The notes beneath the pieces are model-generated. The model did not search any database. It was not told the origin of the DNA and saw nothing but the letters and a program-made list of their open reading frames with translations. Position numbers and translations under genes: made by a program. A DNA stretch of 64,000 nt from Nemertoderma westbladi (lineage: Eukaryota > Animalia > Xenacoelomorpha). Position 1 is the stretch's first letter; every line of letters starts with the position of its first letter. Positions 45,506-56,879 of the stretch are shown here, piece by piece. The DNA lies in contig JAUCBJ010000859.1 of assembly GCA_032718475.1 (NCBI GenBank), positions 19,489 through 83,488 on the forward strand. Direction: 5' to 3'.

Positions 45506-48500
45506 TGTTTGGTTCCTGATAAATTGGTATATTGTTTTTTTTCATAGGTTTTTCGACCTTTGTTTGATAGTGACCCCAGGGAAGCGAATGATTTTTATTA
45601 ACCCAATAAAGTTTATCATCAAATGCGCTGAGAGCAAACTTATCTCGTGCTATAGTATACACTTTGTGTAATTTACTTTGAAATTGATGTGTTTCCTTGG
45701 AAATTTCTTCGTTATCGTAATATGCCCTCAAATAATCTTCGTGACAAATATTTTTATCCACGACAGCTCTTGTTATTCCTTTTGCCCGTCGTATATTGGA
45801 ATCATTCCATTCTAAAATTGAATATAATTTTGGTCTTAAAAATACTGCTTGTTTAATTTCACGTGAGGCTAGTTCGTCTTTACAGTAATAGAGCCTGGAT
45901 TTATTTTTATCGCTGTAGAGAGGGTGATCCTTGGGGTAATTGGATGTATCTAGAATATTATTTTTAATTAAGGCTTTTAAAAAATTATTCTGCGATGTAT
46001 TATAGTAACAACCTATTAAAGAGTCCGTGTCTCATGCTACAATTTCAATTCGGTAGTTTAATTCTTTCTCAATAGGTAGCAATTTATCGTAATACAGCTG
46101 ATACATATCCAATTTAGCCAAGTCCAAGACAGTACTACCTATATAGACCGGCTTATCGAGAGTTACAGAGTCTTTTACTAATAAATGTCCCGATAAGGAA
46201 TCGTTATAAATCATGAAATTTTCATGATTTATTCGTTTGACTAATTGGTCACATTTTTCTTTACTATTAGCGATACGAAAGTTGCATCGGTCCCTTATCT
46301 TCTCTATCGTTTTTCCAAATAAAGAATTGTTCAGCAATTTCGCGACAGCTGTTTCAATATAACTTTTTGCTAGCCGCCTTTGATTAATATTAAAATCTAT
46401 ATAGGGTTTAAATACAAAGTCTTGATGGAAAGAATATAATTTATGGAGCTTAGTAACAATTAAACCTTGTTTTATATAAAATTTTAACAGTTTTAAATTT
46501 ACATGATAGAATTCTTTATCGAATTGTGTCAACATAAGTTTCGGTGCACACATCTTATACTTGCTATTAGTGCCTCTTTGTTTACAAACATTGTTAAATT
46601 GTTCCCTCATATAAGGTGAAAGCATTGTCTCATTTATACTTAAATGTTCTGGAGCTAAGGGTAGTTCTAATGTACGATCGTGAATATCTTTGGGATATTT
46701 CAAATCGCAAATTAAGAAAAACCCAATATCACCTTCAGTATCAAGATTTGTTAAATATTTTATCAGTTCTTCTGGAGCAGCATTCTCTAAATATGTAACG
46801 TTGACTTGTTCAAAACCTGAAACAGGTAGCTTTTTACTTAAATTACCAGAATACAAGGAATTAAAATCTATATTGAAAATATGACACTCTTCCTTGCTTG
46901 GATCATAATTATCAGTATCTGGTATATTTGATTCTATGTAATGCTTTCGACAGAATGAAACCCCTCCTCTAATAGATGCTTCAAAATCTCTATATGTTTG
47001 GTAATCTTTTATTAATGTTAACTTACATTTATTGTATTTCAGGGCGCAATCATAAGTGAAAGCTGCGATACTGCAATAATAAACTACTTCTAATTCGTAG
47101 TTTTGTCTACACACTCTCCTAAAGTTCTCAAATATATCAGCGAGGAGACAAACATCGAGTTTTAAGTATGCTAAAAGATAATCCTTGAGATTCACACAGT
47201 CAAACTGACTCCATGATGCGTTGGCAAAACTATATTCCTCGGGTGTACAGGTATTTTGTGTTAATTTACTATAAAATTTGTCTATTGATGGTAATTTCGA
47301 ATCATTGAATTTATTTAAATCTGTCAGATACTCGTAGGGAAATATACCTTTTCGTTTAATTGTTGCATTATTTAAATTTGGATAAAAATATTTCATTTGC
47401 TGTTCAGTAATTGGTAGAACTGATGTTATATCCTCGCTGTCTATATCCTTTGTTGAACAATCAACTAAAGTACTTAGGGAAAAGGATAAAAATTGATATG
47501 TGTCTAAGACACGTAGCTCGATCTTAGTTTTTTCATCTTTCACTGGTATATGCATGCTTAGTGAAATATACCTTTCAGAATTTTTAGGGATTACCTTTAT
47601 ATCCCAATCGGAATATTTATTATTGCTAAAACCAACTTGCAAAAGAAAATGCAAATTGTAGAGATTGCAGTTGTGTGCAGCGAGTATATACATGTGTCGT
47701 TTCAACGATAAAGAGCGGTTACATGCGTTACAAGCGGCCGCTATATAGTTACCAGTAATATGTGAGTGATGTTTGTTTTTCTCAGACTTATCCTTAAATA
47801 AAACATTGCAATAAAAGCAAGTTTTAGCTTTCCAAAAACTTAACTTATCTGCATCATTAAGTATCATTCTCTCTCTTGTGTGGTCTTCCGACCACTTATA
47901 TAATTGGGTGATGTCATTATATACAGAGTCTAAAAAGTCTTGAATACAGTTGTTGTCGATTGTTTTTGTAAAGGTCTTCAAATAAAATTTTGGTGGATTG
48001 ATTAATTCGGCACTAGGAACAATTAAATAACTTACAGCGCATGGAATATGATTCTGAATAAATTTACTGTTGGTGGCTGGCTCCAAAATAGATTCTATGT
48101 CAAAATATATTACAAACAATGCTGGTAATGTTCTGTCTAAATTTCTAAAGCTAATGTGAGTTCTTTTTTCAGATGGTAGCTTCTCAACTTGACTTTTTCC
48201 TCGATAACAAACAAGACGGTGACGTTCTAGAACATCATTGGTGTAGAAAGGCGCCAAACACCGTTCACAATATTTCCTACCACGAGTATGAAGAGCTCTC
48301 GTATTCATCAAACGATTCAAGTTAGTTATGCAAACATAATGTGATTGTTTACTTGTATTCTTATTTTTTACAAGTAATATATTCAATAACTCTTTATCTG
48401 GAGTGATTTTACTAAATGGTGCCTGTCTTAATATAGATACTCGATTGTTGTTGTAGAGTAATAAATTAATTATATATGCTGAATTCTGTTTTTCAAAAAG

Positions 48501-49505
48501 TTTAATTGCAAGCTGCCATTCTGTTGGATAATCTTTGTTCCCGTTGTCAAAAATAAAATGACACATATAATTTTTGTACTGCGAAGTACGATATTTGTTG
48601 TTCTTCACTTTGCTACTAAATTTTGTAGCTATAATTGCCCATTTAAAACAATCATTATCAGCCGTTTGTATATTTATAACACATTTTTTAACTGGTAGAG
48701 CCTTAGGTAACTCCATATAACCGTGTCCCTTATATAGTAACGACCTACACTTGGATTCAGCTACTTTAATTTCAACCCTTAATAAAGATTTAACACGCCA
48801 CCCTGAGCCACGAGTGTTAAACATGGCTATTTTTTGCATTAATTTTTCTAATACATACTCAAACCATGTGTCAAAACTTTCATGTGAATCTACGGTATTA
48901 ACTGCACCACCTGAAGAACTAAAATAGAAAGCTTCTTCTTGATCACCCTCTGAAAAATGTGATCGATACATGAGTATATTCACACCTAGCCAGGGTCTAA
49001 GTACATTCATTTCGCTAAGTTTTCCTAATAATAAAGTTTGGATGTGAGGTAGAATTTTAATTAATGATGAATGAATATCAGGAAAATCTTCATCATTTGA
49101 AAGATTGTAAACATAGATTTCTAAACGGTTATCGTGTGCGGCTCGTTCAATGTTAAAAATTGATGAACCTTGACCAGATTTCAGTCTTTTTCTAGATACG
49201 ATAGTATTGTTTTGGTTCCGTTGTGGTGGTGGTCTAACATGATAATAACGTTGGTGACAGTCGTGACGTAAGTAATTCTCATATAAATACTCTTTATTAC
49301 AAGTAGGGCAAGTTTTTTCATACACGCAAAACTTCATTTCTTTACATCCTGTAGTCGTTTCATGTCGTTTACATATTTCTTCACGTGAACATTTCACTCG
49401 ACAATTAAAACAATTGTATTCTTCAAAATGAGATTTCACATGTGTTAAATAATTTCGTTTAGAAATTTGAAGAGGACAAAATGGACATTTCAATTGTTTA
49501 TCCAT
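45483..49505 (-). pseudogene. pPolB: Protein-primed family B DNA polymerase (1340 codons) with one in-frame TGA
   Basis: YFDIES, KGIFPYEY, SIRGG, DFNSLY, KLLNNSLFGKT, then VA*DTDS (TGA 46032-46034) and open frame through DTSNYP, KDE, LRPKLYS, AKGI, FDDK, PWGHY. Confidence 0.95.
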
Positions 49506-50061
49506 CTCTTTATTATCCTAAAAACAATTTAAAATTAATATGAATATTGTTATATATATAATCAAAAAAATTCATAAGCTACTCAACACAAATAAAATAT
49601 AATATCTAAACTTTAATTAATTTAATATTTTCAGAATGAGCTCGAATGAATCAGTTGAGCTCTTTATATATATATATATTTCAAGTTTCTACTTATACCA
49701 ACCAATCATAAATAACAGTTACATTGGAAACTAATATCATAAATAAAGTTGCTTTTACAACTGAATTCTTTATAATAAAATCAAGTCTAAACCAAGATAT
49801 GTATAATGCGTTTTTAATTTTCATTGATAAAGTAGGTTTTACATGCAAATGTTTTATTATGGTGGTGTAAACTCATGCATTTACATGCGAATGTTTTATA
49901 CCTAATCCCGTGCTCACATTAAATATAAACTATCACCAATATTTACTCAATAAAGTCACCTTTACATGCAAATACTTTATAATAATCACACTTTGTGATA
50001 AAAAGTTACCTTTACAAGTCAGTGTGAAACTGAAAAAGAAAAGTCTCTAGTTAATAATAAA

Positions 50062-51105
50062 TCAATCTGATACTGTTTTTATATGTTCCTTATTGTAATC
50101 TGCTACCTCTTCACTTGCTTTTGTAACTTTTATTTTCTTTGTAGGTATAGAATCATTGTTGGGAATGGAAGATGTTTGAGATGTAGATCTGCGCTTTCTA
50201 TCACTCGAGGTCTCTTCGATGTATGTCTTTGGATTAAATGTGGATGAAACTACTTCTGGAAATGACTTATTAACCTTAAACTTCCAAGTTGGTGGATATA
50301 GAATCGCGAAACCGTCTGCTATATCAGTTGATGAAACATTTAACATCATATCGTAGAGAAACTCTATATATGGTATGTCTTTATCGTAATGTAACTGTAA
50401 ATATTTGCTTTCCTTGTCTGTAATAATTACTTTTTTTTCTTGTACATTTATTTTTACTTTAAGTCGGTCAGATAAAGCTTTATCGTCCGTATCTAGCTCT
50501 GAAAAGACACCTTCGTTACTAATTTCATAATTCCATTCATACCACAATGAATTTACTTCCGATGCTGTTAAGTTAAACCCATTATAATACCTAAGACCAA
50601 TAGCATCAGAATATCTAGCTGAAATCTCCCATAGTCCCATATAAGTCGCTCCTTTATATTTGCTTACAAAACCAACAAAAGATGGGTTGGTTAAATTAAC
50701 AACAGAACACTGATTTATTATTTCGAGTGGTGGTGATAACAATTCTAATATTTCTGTCTTACTCTGAAGCAATAAATTAATGAGTGATTTGTTTAGAATT
50801 TGACATTTGCCTTGCTTCTGAATATATACGTTTTCAGTAATAACACAGGTGGAAATATTTAACTTTCCTCTTGTAAATTCTATATTAGGATAAATATTAC
50901 CTCTTGAAACTGGTGATTCCTTTTGTCGGTTGATTAATATTTCTAAGACGTCTAGAAGGTAGAGTGTATCCTGGTAAGAGAAGCACGTTGTTACATTGCT
51001 ATCGCTTGAGAGTAATATAAAGTACTTGCCATAAACAATACTACAGGTATATTTATTAAATGTAAATTTCCAAGTATTGCTTGAAGTTTTTTTAAATAAA
51101 TCCAT
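50062..51105 (-). CDS. Polinton protein with probable PC4-like ssDNA-binding/coactivator domain
   Basis: FVSKYKGATYMGLWE......NGFNLTASEVNSL resembles PC4 V..FKG...IDIRE....KGISL..EQW..L; basic NLS-like tail. Confidence 0.55.
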   Translation of the reverse strand: MDLFKKTSSNTWKFTFNKYTCSIVYGKYFILLSSDSNVTTCFSYQDTLYLLDVLEILINRQKESPVSRGNIYPNIEFTRGKLNISTCVITENVYIQKQGKCQILNKSLINLLLQSKTEILELLSPPLEIINQCSVVNLTNPSFVGFVSKYKGATYMGLWEISARYSDAIGLRYYNGFNLTASEVNSLWYEWNYEISNEGVFSELDTDDKALSDRLKVKINVQEKKVIITDKESKYLQLHYDKDIPYIEFLYDMMLNVSSTDIADGFAILYPPTWKFKVNKSFPEVVSSTFNPKTYIEETSSDRKRRSTSQTSSIPNNDSIPTKKIKVTKASEEVADYNKEHIKTVSD

Positions 51106-51619
51106 AATTAGAATGAAAACTATTTTGAAAAATAAAAACTAAATAAATGATTATTAGAATGTAAAACTTCGGTTTATATGCTTGCTTTAATAAAACAGAG
51201 TGACTTACAGTGAGGAATATAGTTGCTTCGTGTAACAGATGCAACGTGTACAGCTAAATTTATTACATTAGCGTGAGTTAGAGAGTGAAATAGCAGTAAC
51301 GTGTAACAGATGCAACGTGATCAATGCTAGCCCTGTCATTCTAACTTATATTCAACTTAGTTGATCGACCAGTTACATCGATAAAAGAAATCGATTATTA
51401 TTAATAGTCGAATTAATGTATTCTACGCTATAGTAATTATGTTAAGGAACTAGAAGCTATTTATAAACATCTGCTACCAGTGATGAAGATGAAGAATTCA
51501 ATGACTATGGTATAACTCAGATATTTATCGCCTTTTTCTCTCGAGGTTGGATGGAAGAGTGATTGGTGAGTTGTGAGGAGTTATATCGGTCCCGGGTTCG
51601 AACCCTGTTGAATATTTTG

Positions 51620-51932
51620 TTATCTGAAAAATTGCAAAATTAAATTTAGTTACTAGTGAAAAATAGCGATTTGAAAAATAATAGAAGTTACCTGATGCTA
51701 AGTGTAGACACCCGAACACCTGTAAAATAAAGGTTGGTGATTGGATGCAGTACTAGCGTTGGGTGACTAATAATGCTTATCTGAAAAATTGCAAAATTAA
51801 ATTTAGTTACTAGTGAAAAATAGCGATTTGAAAAATAATAGAAGTTACCTGATGCTAAGTGTAGACACCCGAACACCTGTAAAATAAAGGTTGGTGATTG
51901 GATGCAGTACTAGCGTTGGGTGACTAATAACG
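51620..51932. repeat. 157 bp tandem duplication spanning the inner edge of the right TIR
   Basis: 51620-51773 repeated from 51777. Confidence 0.9.
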
Positions 51933-52127
51933 CCTCTAGCGGAATAAGCGGGAACTTGAGAAGTTACCATGGTTACGGATGAAATGCTGACATCTGATTG
52001 GTTGAAATAATAACGACCACTGCAAAAGGTTGAAATGGTGGCTTCTGATTGGCTGCAGTACCAGAAATGGATGGTAATGATGGACTACGGGTGACCTTGG
52101 TCGAGGGGCCATGTAATGTATACTACT
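51813..52127 (-). repeat. Right TIR of Polinton
   Basis: Ends TACTACT, followed by TSD CTCCTT. Confidence 0.95.
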
Positions 52128-52682
52128 CTCCTTAAGTAAAAATTAAAATAATTATTCATTACATTGAAAAAATATGTAAGTTCTTTTAACTCTTGATTTT
52201 CGGGAATATTCGAGCAAAAAAGTAAAATAATACAACATGTTACATTAATACTTAAATAAACATTACTGTATGTGCTAATGATTAATAAATTATTGTAGAA
52301 TTTACCATAAAAAAGCTTAACTTATTTAAAAAAAGAAAAAAATGGCCACGTTTTTATTAAAACATATTAATATTAGCCATTTACTTTGATTTAGATAAGG
52401 TACGGCACAAACGTGAGTTGCCGTAAATATACGAACGATTTCTAATACGTACGATCAATATTTACGACAACGATCGTTCGTAAAATTTTATTCCATCAGC
52501 TTATTTTAATTTTCGTCATAAAATACGATTAATTAATCGTAAAAATAGTACGATTAATCGCAAATGCCTTTATTCACAGTGCAGTAAAAATATTTTGTTT
52601 TTACGAACAATATCGTTCGTAAATATATTTACGATTAATCTTAACATGCTACGAATAATCGTAATGTTATATTCACATTCGC

Positions 52683-52755
52683 CCAGGTCGCATCTCAGCC
52701 TTGCATCCTTAATTAGTAGCTAAATGAGTACTTACAGTAGTTTCCTCTGGGGAGT
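52683..52755 (+). repeat. SINE core fragment
   Basis: GCATCTCAGCCTTGCATCCTTAA..GTAGCTAAATGAGTAC..TTTCCTCTGGGGAG matches the body of the SINE at 57405-57682. Confidence 0.6.
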
Positions 52756-53149
52756 GTATAATTCAATATAATTTCAAGATACCTCACAAACAATACAGAT
52801 GCACCGCACCAAAAATTGTATGGAATAGTAATATAATTACTAAACGTCATTGTTTATCAATCGCCATTGACTGGTGCCTACAATTTTAGGAGATTACTTA
52901 GACACAATAGCAAAGCTAGTGCTGTGCCTGGGTAACCTTTTACTAACAAGTTGATTTGCGAGGGGGGGGGGGGGGGGTGGATTGGCGGTATGACACCAAA
53001 GAATTGGGTAACCATCTTATACACCTGAGAATGATAACTGTGGGAAGCCAACCCAGAGTACTCCCGCGAGGACCTTCTCACTGACCAGACTGCAGACTGT
53101 GAAATTGAGGGGAGTGGGAAAAAACGGTGGCATTCTAGAGTAATGAGTA

Positions 53150-53455
53150 GGATAGTAATATAAGTTTCAGAGTTGATAATTGAGGTCGATATGTCAAAGT
53201 GGATAACTGTAACCGATGATACGCAGAGGGTATAATTCTAAAAGATGTGACAGACTGGATAATTGAAACCGATGAGTAAGAGTGGAAAAATTGTGACCAA
53301 TATTTCAAGGTAGATAAATGCGACCGATGAGACAGAGTGGATGGATGAATCAGAGTGGATAAATATTTACCGATGTGTCATAGTCGATAATTGTAATCAA
53401 TTTGACTGAGTGGTTAATTGTGACCAATAAGACATAGTGGATGATGGTAACCGAT
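53150..53455. repeat. Degenerate ~19/38 bp minisatellite in LINE 3' UTR
   Basis: Recurrent GAGTGGATAA..ACCGATG motifs. Confidence 0.65.
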
Positions 53456-56400
53456 TATAGATCAAGTAAATGCCTTTTTAGTTGTTTGGCAAAGATTGAT
53501 TTAACAACAATATTTCGAAGGTCATCAGACAGTGAATTCCATAGTAGGGGACCTTGAAAAGCAACAGATTGGTGGGCAACTTCAAGACGGACTGAAGGGA
53601 GATTAAAATGGCCAGATTTAGAAGAGCGAGTATTATATGAATGGATAGAAGCAGTTTTACGAAATAAATATGCCAGTGGGTGTTTAGGGTTACGGGATAT
53701 ATCGTACATTAGATTACAGATCTGGTGCTTATATAAAGCTTCAAGGGGTAAGATTTGTAGCTTACGGTAGATAGGAATTGAAGATGATCGGCGGTGGCTG
53801 AAAGATAAGCACCTAACTATTTTATTAATTTTAATTCGTAAAGGTTTTAAGATCGAAGTGTATGTACCCCCCCATACAACTAACCCGTAGTTTATGTAAG
53901 GATAGATAAGAGAAAAGAATAGGGTACGCATTATTTGGAGGGGGAGTAAATGTCTTAGTCTGAAAAAAATGCCACCGGATTTAGATATTTTATTGAGAAC
54001 ATACTGGACATGTTGGCGAAATGTTAGTTTACTGTCTATGTGTAGGCCTAAGTACTTGGAAACTGAAACTTGTTTAATTTGTTTGCCATCAATATGAATT
54101 GGGTTTAACTGTCTGAAGTTGCCGTGGAGATTGGAAAAAATTGTATATTCTGTTTTTTTGAGGTTTATTGTTAATTTATTATCATTTATCCACTTAGATA
54201 CACTTGTCAGATTTGAGTTAACCGATAGAAACATATCGCTAACCGATGCTGTTGTATGGCTAAGGCTGGTATCATCAGCGAATAAAGTGGTTCGAAGTTT
54301 ACTGGAATTTGGTAGGTCGTTGATATATAGGAGGAATAGAAGTGGTCCTAAAATAGATCCTTGGGGAACTCCACAGGTGACCGGTTTGATGGAAGAGTGG
54401 ATATTGGCTATGGAAACAAACTGGGAACGTTCAGATAGGTAATCTGTAAGTAGAGAGTGAGGAGTCCCGCGGATACCGTACGAGCAAAGTTTCTTCAGAA
54501 GAATTCCTATGTCCAAAGAGTCGAAAGCTTTCTTTAGGTCTATATATACAACTGAAGTGGATTCTTTATTATCTAAGGCGGTACGAATATTTTCTACAAT
54601 ATTAAGAACAGCAAAAGTTGTCGTGAATTTTTTCCTAAACCCGAATTGATTTGGACAGATGACTGAGTAACGTTCAAGGTAAGAAACAATTTGATCATTA
54701 ATCAGTTTTTCGTATAGTTTATTGAAAACAGAAAGCAATGAGATCGGCCTATAGTTAGATGGGTTCAGAGGACAATCGCCCTTATATACGGGAATCACCT
54801 TTGCAACCTTAAGTAGACTGGGATAAAAGCCCTGGGTAAAACTAAGATTTATTAGAGTGGCCAAATGTAATGATAGGGGATATGCGCCAAATTTAAGTAA
54901 TTTGATAGGAAAATTATCATTAGAGGCAGAATCTTCTTTGAGATGTAAAATGTTATATTGAACCTCGACCGGGGATGTCTCAGTTAGTCCAAATGAATTC
55001 GATTTCTTATAACTGATATGACCAGTGGGACAGCGTGTGGAACTAGGTACAGCAGCGGCCAAAGACGGACCGATGGTGGTGAAAAAGTTATTGAATTCGT
55101 TTACTATGTCGTTAGGATCTGTAAGAGTTACTTTATGATCAATGGAGACTAGTTTTTTGGGATGTGAGAGATTTTTCCCGCGATGAAGAACAGAGTTTAT
55201 AGTACGCCAGGTTTTTTTTATACTCGACTTATTTTTCTCGAATTCTTTTGAATAATATTGTTTTTCAGCTGCACGGAGAAGTGAAGTAAGCAAGTTCCTA
55301 TATTTTTTATATGCCGTAAGATTATACTCAGATGGGTTTGAAACAGATTTTGTGTATAAATAGCCTTTCCGTTTAATAGCAGTCAGAAGTGATGCCGTAA
55401 GCCATGGTTTCTTAGGTAAATCTTTTTTTGTTATTATTTTGGTCGGGAGATTATGAGAACAAATATTTTGGAAATCCTTATAGAAGCAATTGAAGCGGTC
55501 TGTAGAGGGGACATTCAGACTCTTATAAGTCCACAAATCAGGATTATTTAAGCTGTCAATGAAATTATTTTTATTAAACTGAGAGAAATCGTAACTAGTC
55601 TTGGAACTCTCAGGTTTAAAATAAGTGTTATAATCAGATAGCAAAATGAAAGTAGATAAATGGTCAGATGTGCCAATTTCATGGAGGAAAACACCATGGT
55701 GACACAAGGAAGATTTAATGTTTGTACTAATGTGATCGATTAGAGTACGAGAGAAGGGAGTTATTCTGGTTGGTTTGTCTATCAGCTGGGTGAAACCATT
55801 GGAGGACAAAGCAGCTAAATAATCCTGGGAATTAATGGTATTAGCATTATTCCCATATAGATCAATATTAATATCTCCTGTAACGATAACATCATAATTT
55901 TTGTCAGCCAAAGTATGCAGTGTTGAATCGAGGTTCGAGATAAAATTACTAGTGTCAACTTGTTGTGAACGGTAAATACAACCTACTATTAGCGGTTTAT
56001 TGGAATGTGGATGATTGACCTGGATCCACTTATTTTCCGGTCCAATAATCTTAATGTCACTCCTCTCAGTGACATCCAATTCATTACGAACGTAAATCGC
56101 AGTGCCACCACGAGGTTTCATTGAATCCCGAAAATCACAGAAAGGAGAGGTATAACCAGCGAAGCTAAGTGGGCCCAGCTCAATATTATCGGTCAGAAAA
56201 GTTTCACTGAAAGTAATAATATCAAATCGCGACTCAAGAGTTTCAAAAAAGTTAGAAATTTCCGAGTAATTGGCAGGGAGGCTGCGGCAGTTTAAGTGAA
56301 ACACAGACAATGGGTGGTCACAGGATTTGTACAAAGTATCAAATTTATCGAAATTAAAATACTCATTTGTGGTTAGGTATGATGTAATATTACCGTCCGG

Positions 56401-56775
56401 GTTAATACTTTCAAAGTAATTGTTTACCTCGTCTACAGAGATGTTGTTATTAATATTATCCAGATTATCATAAAATATGTCTAAATCATTGTCAGGAATT
56501 CCAGAGAAGGGAAAGGTTTCATGTAAACAGTGAAAGCACCAATAGATTTGATTAGATTCGAAATCTGAGGTTGGAATATGGGAGCCACATTGAAAATGAA
56601 AGGATAAACCACATAGTGGGCAGTGAAAGTGGGCCTCGCGGAGGCAAATACGGGTATAGCAAAACCCGCAGCCATCATCCACAAGAGATGGCAACTGACA
56701 GGGGTTGGCTAAAATGATAGTACAATTGACAGACTGTTTAATTTGTCTGGGAGAAAATGACGAGGCACTAACCAA
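53455..56775 (-). CDS. LINE ORF2: PHD-like Zn finger, APE endonuclease, reverse transcriptase
   Basis: C..C/H..C/C..C-FPF N-terminus, HLNCRSL, SETF, GDINID, IDHI, SDH, NYRPISLL, QFGFR, DLKKAFD, GVPQGSILGP, FADD, YLG; no stops. Confidence 0.93.
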   Translation of the reverse strand: MVSASSFSPRQIKQSVNCTIILANPCQLPSLVDDGCGFCYTRICLREAHFHCPLCGLSFHFQCGSHIPTSDFESNQIYWCFHCLHETFPFSGIPDNDLDIFYDNLDNINNNISVDEVNNYFESINPDGNITSYLTTNEYFNFDKFDTLYKSCDHPLSVFHLNCRSLPANYSEISNFFETLESRFDIITFSETFLTDNIELGPLSFAGYTSPFCDFRDSMKPRGGTAIYVRNELDVTERSDIKIIGPENKWIQVNHPHSNKPLIVGCIYRSQQVDTSNFISNLDSTLHTLADKNYDVIVTGDINIDLYGNNANTINSQDYLAALSSNGFTQLIDKPTRITPFSRTLIDHISTNIKSSLCHHGVFLHEIGTSDHLSTFILLSDYNTYFKPESSKTSYDFSQFNKNNFIDSLNNPDLWTYKSLNVPSTDRFNCFYKDFQNICSHNLPTKIITKKDLPKKPWLTASLLTAIKRKGYLYTKSVSNPSEYNLTAYKKYRNLLTSLLRAAEKQYYSKEFEKNKSSIKKTWRTINSVLHRGKNLSHPKKLVSIDHKVTLTDPNDIVNEFNNFFTTIGPSLAAAVPSSTRCPTGHISYKKSNSFGLTETSPVEVQYNILHLKEDSASNDNFPIKLLKFGAYPLSLHLATLINLSFTQGFYPSLLKVAKVIPVYKGDCPLNPSNYRPISLLSVFNKLYEKLINDQIVSYLERYSVICPNQFGFRKKFTTTFAVLNIVENIRTALDNKESTSVVYIDLKKAFDSLDIGILLKKLCSYGIRGTPHSLLTDYLSERSQFVSIANIHSSIKPVTCGVPQGSILGPLLFLLYINDLPNSSKLRTTLFADDTSLSHTTASVSDMFLSVNSNLTSVSKWINDNKLTINLKKTEYTIFSNLHGNFRQLNPIHIDGKQIKQVSVSKYLGLHIDSKLTFRQHVQYVLNKISKSGGIFFRLRHLLPLQIMRTLFFSLIYPYINYGLVVWGGTYTSILKPLRIKINKIVRCLSFSHRRSSSIPIYRKLQILPLEALYKHQICNLMYDISRNPKHPLAYLFRKTASIHSYNTRSSKSGHFNLPSVRLEVAHQSVAFQGPLLWNSLSDDLRNIVVKSIFAKQLKRHLLDL

Positions 56776-56879
56776 GGCGAAGATAGTTTAAACGATAAAA
56801 TGTAGTCAGTACAGTACTAACTGCACAGCATTATTAACTTCAAGCATCAATATATAATCTAATCTATGTACTCCAAGTA

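Larger units (their letters stand above)
33650..52127. mobile_element. Complete Maverick/Polinton (endogenous polintovirus), 18478 bp
   Basis: AGTAGTA termini, 315 bp TIRs, 6 bp TSD CTCCTT (33644-33649, 52128-52133), full hallmark gene set in two convergent blocks. Confidence 0.98.
52855..56790 (-). mobile_element. CR1/L2-group (Crack-like) LINE with intact ORF2, no ORF1
   Basis: 1106 aa ORF plus ~600 bp 3' UTR; boundaries approximate. Confidence 0.88.

Noticed and set aside
45483-45761. Separate 92 aa gene
   Set aside because: It is the in-frame C-terminus of pPolB
46032-46034. Alternative genetic code or selenocysteine at TGA
   Set aside because: Other Polinton ORFs end normally in TGA and use TGG for Trp; the position is usually a small residue such as Gly
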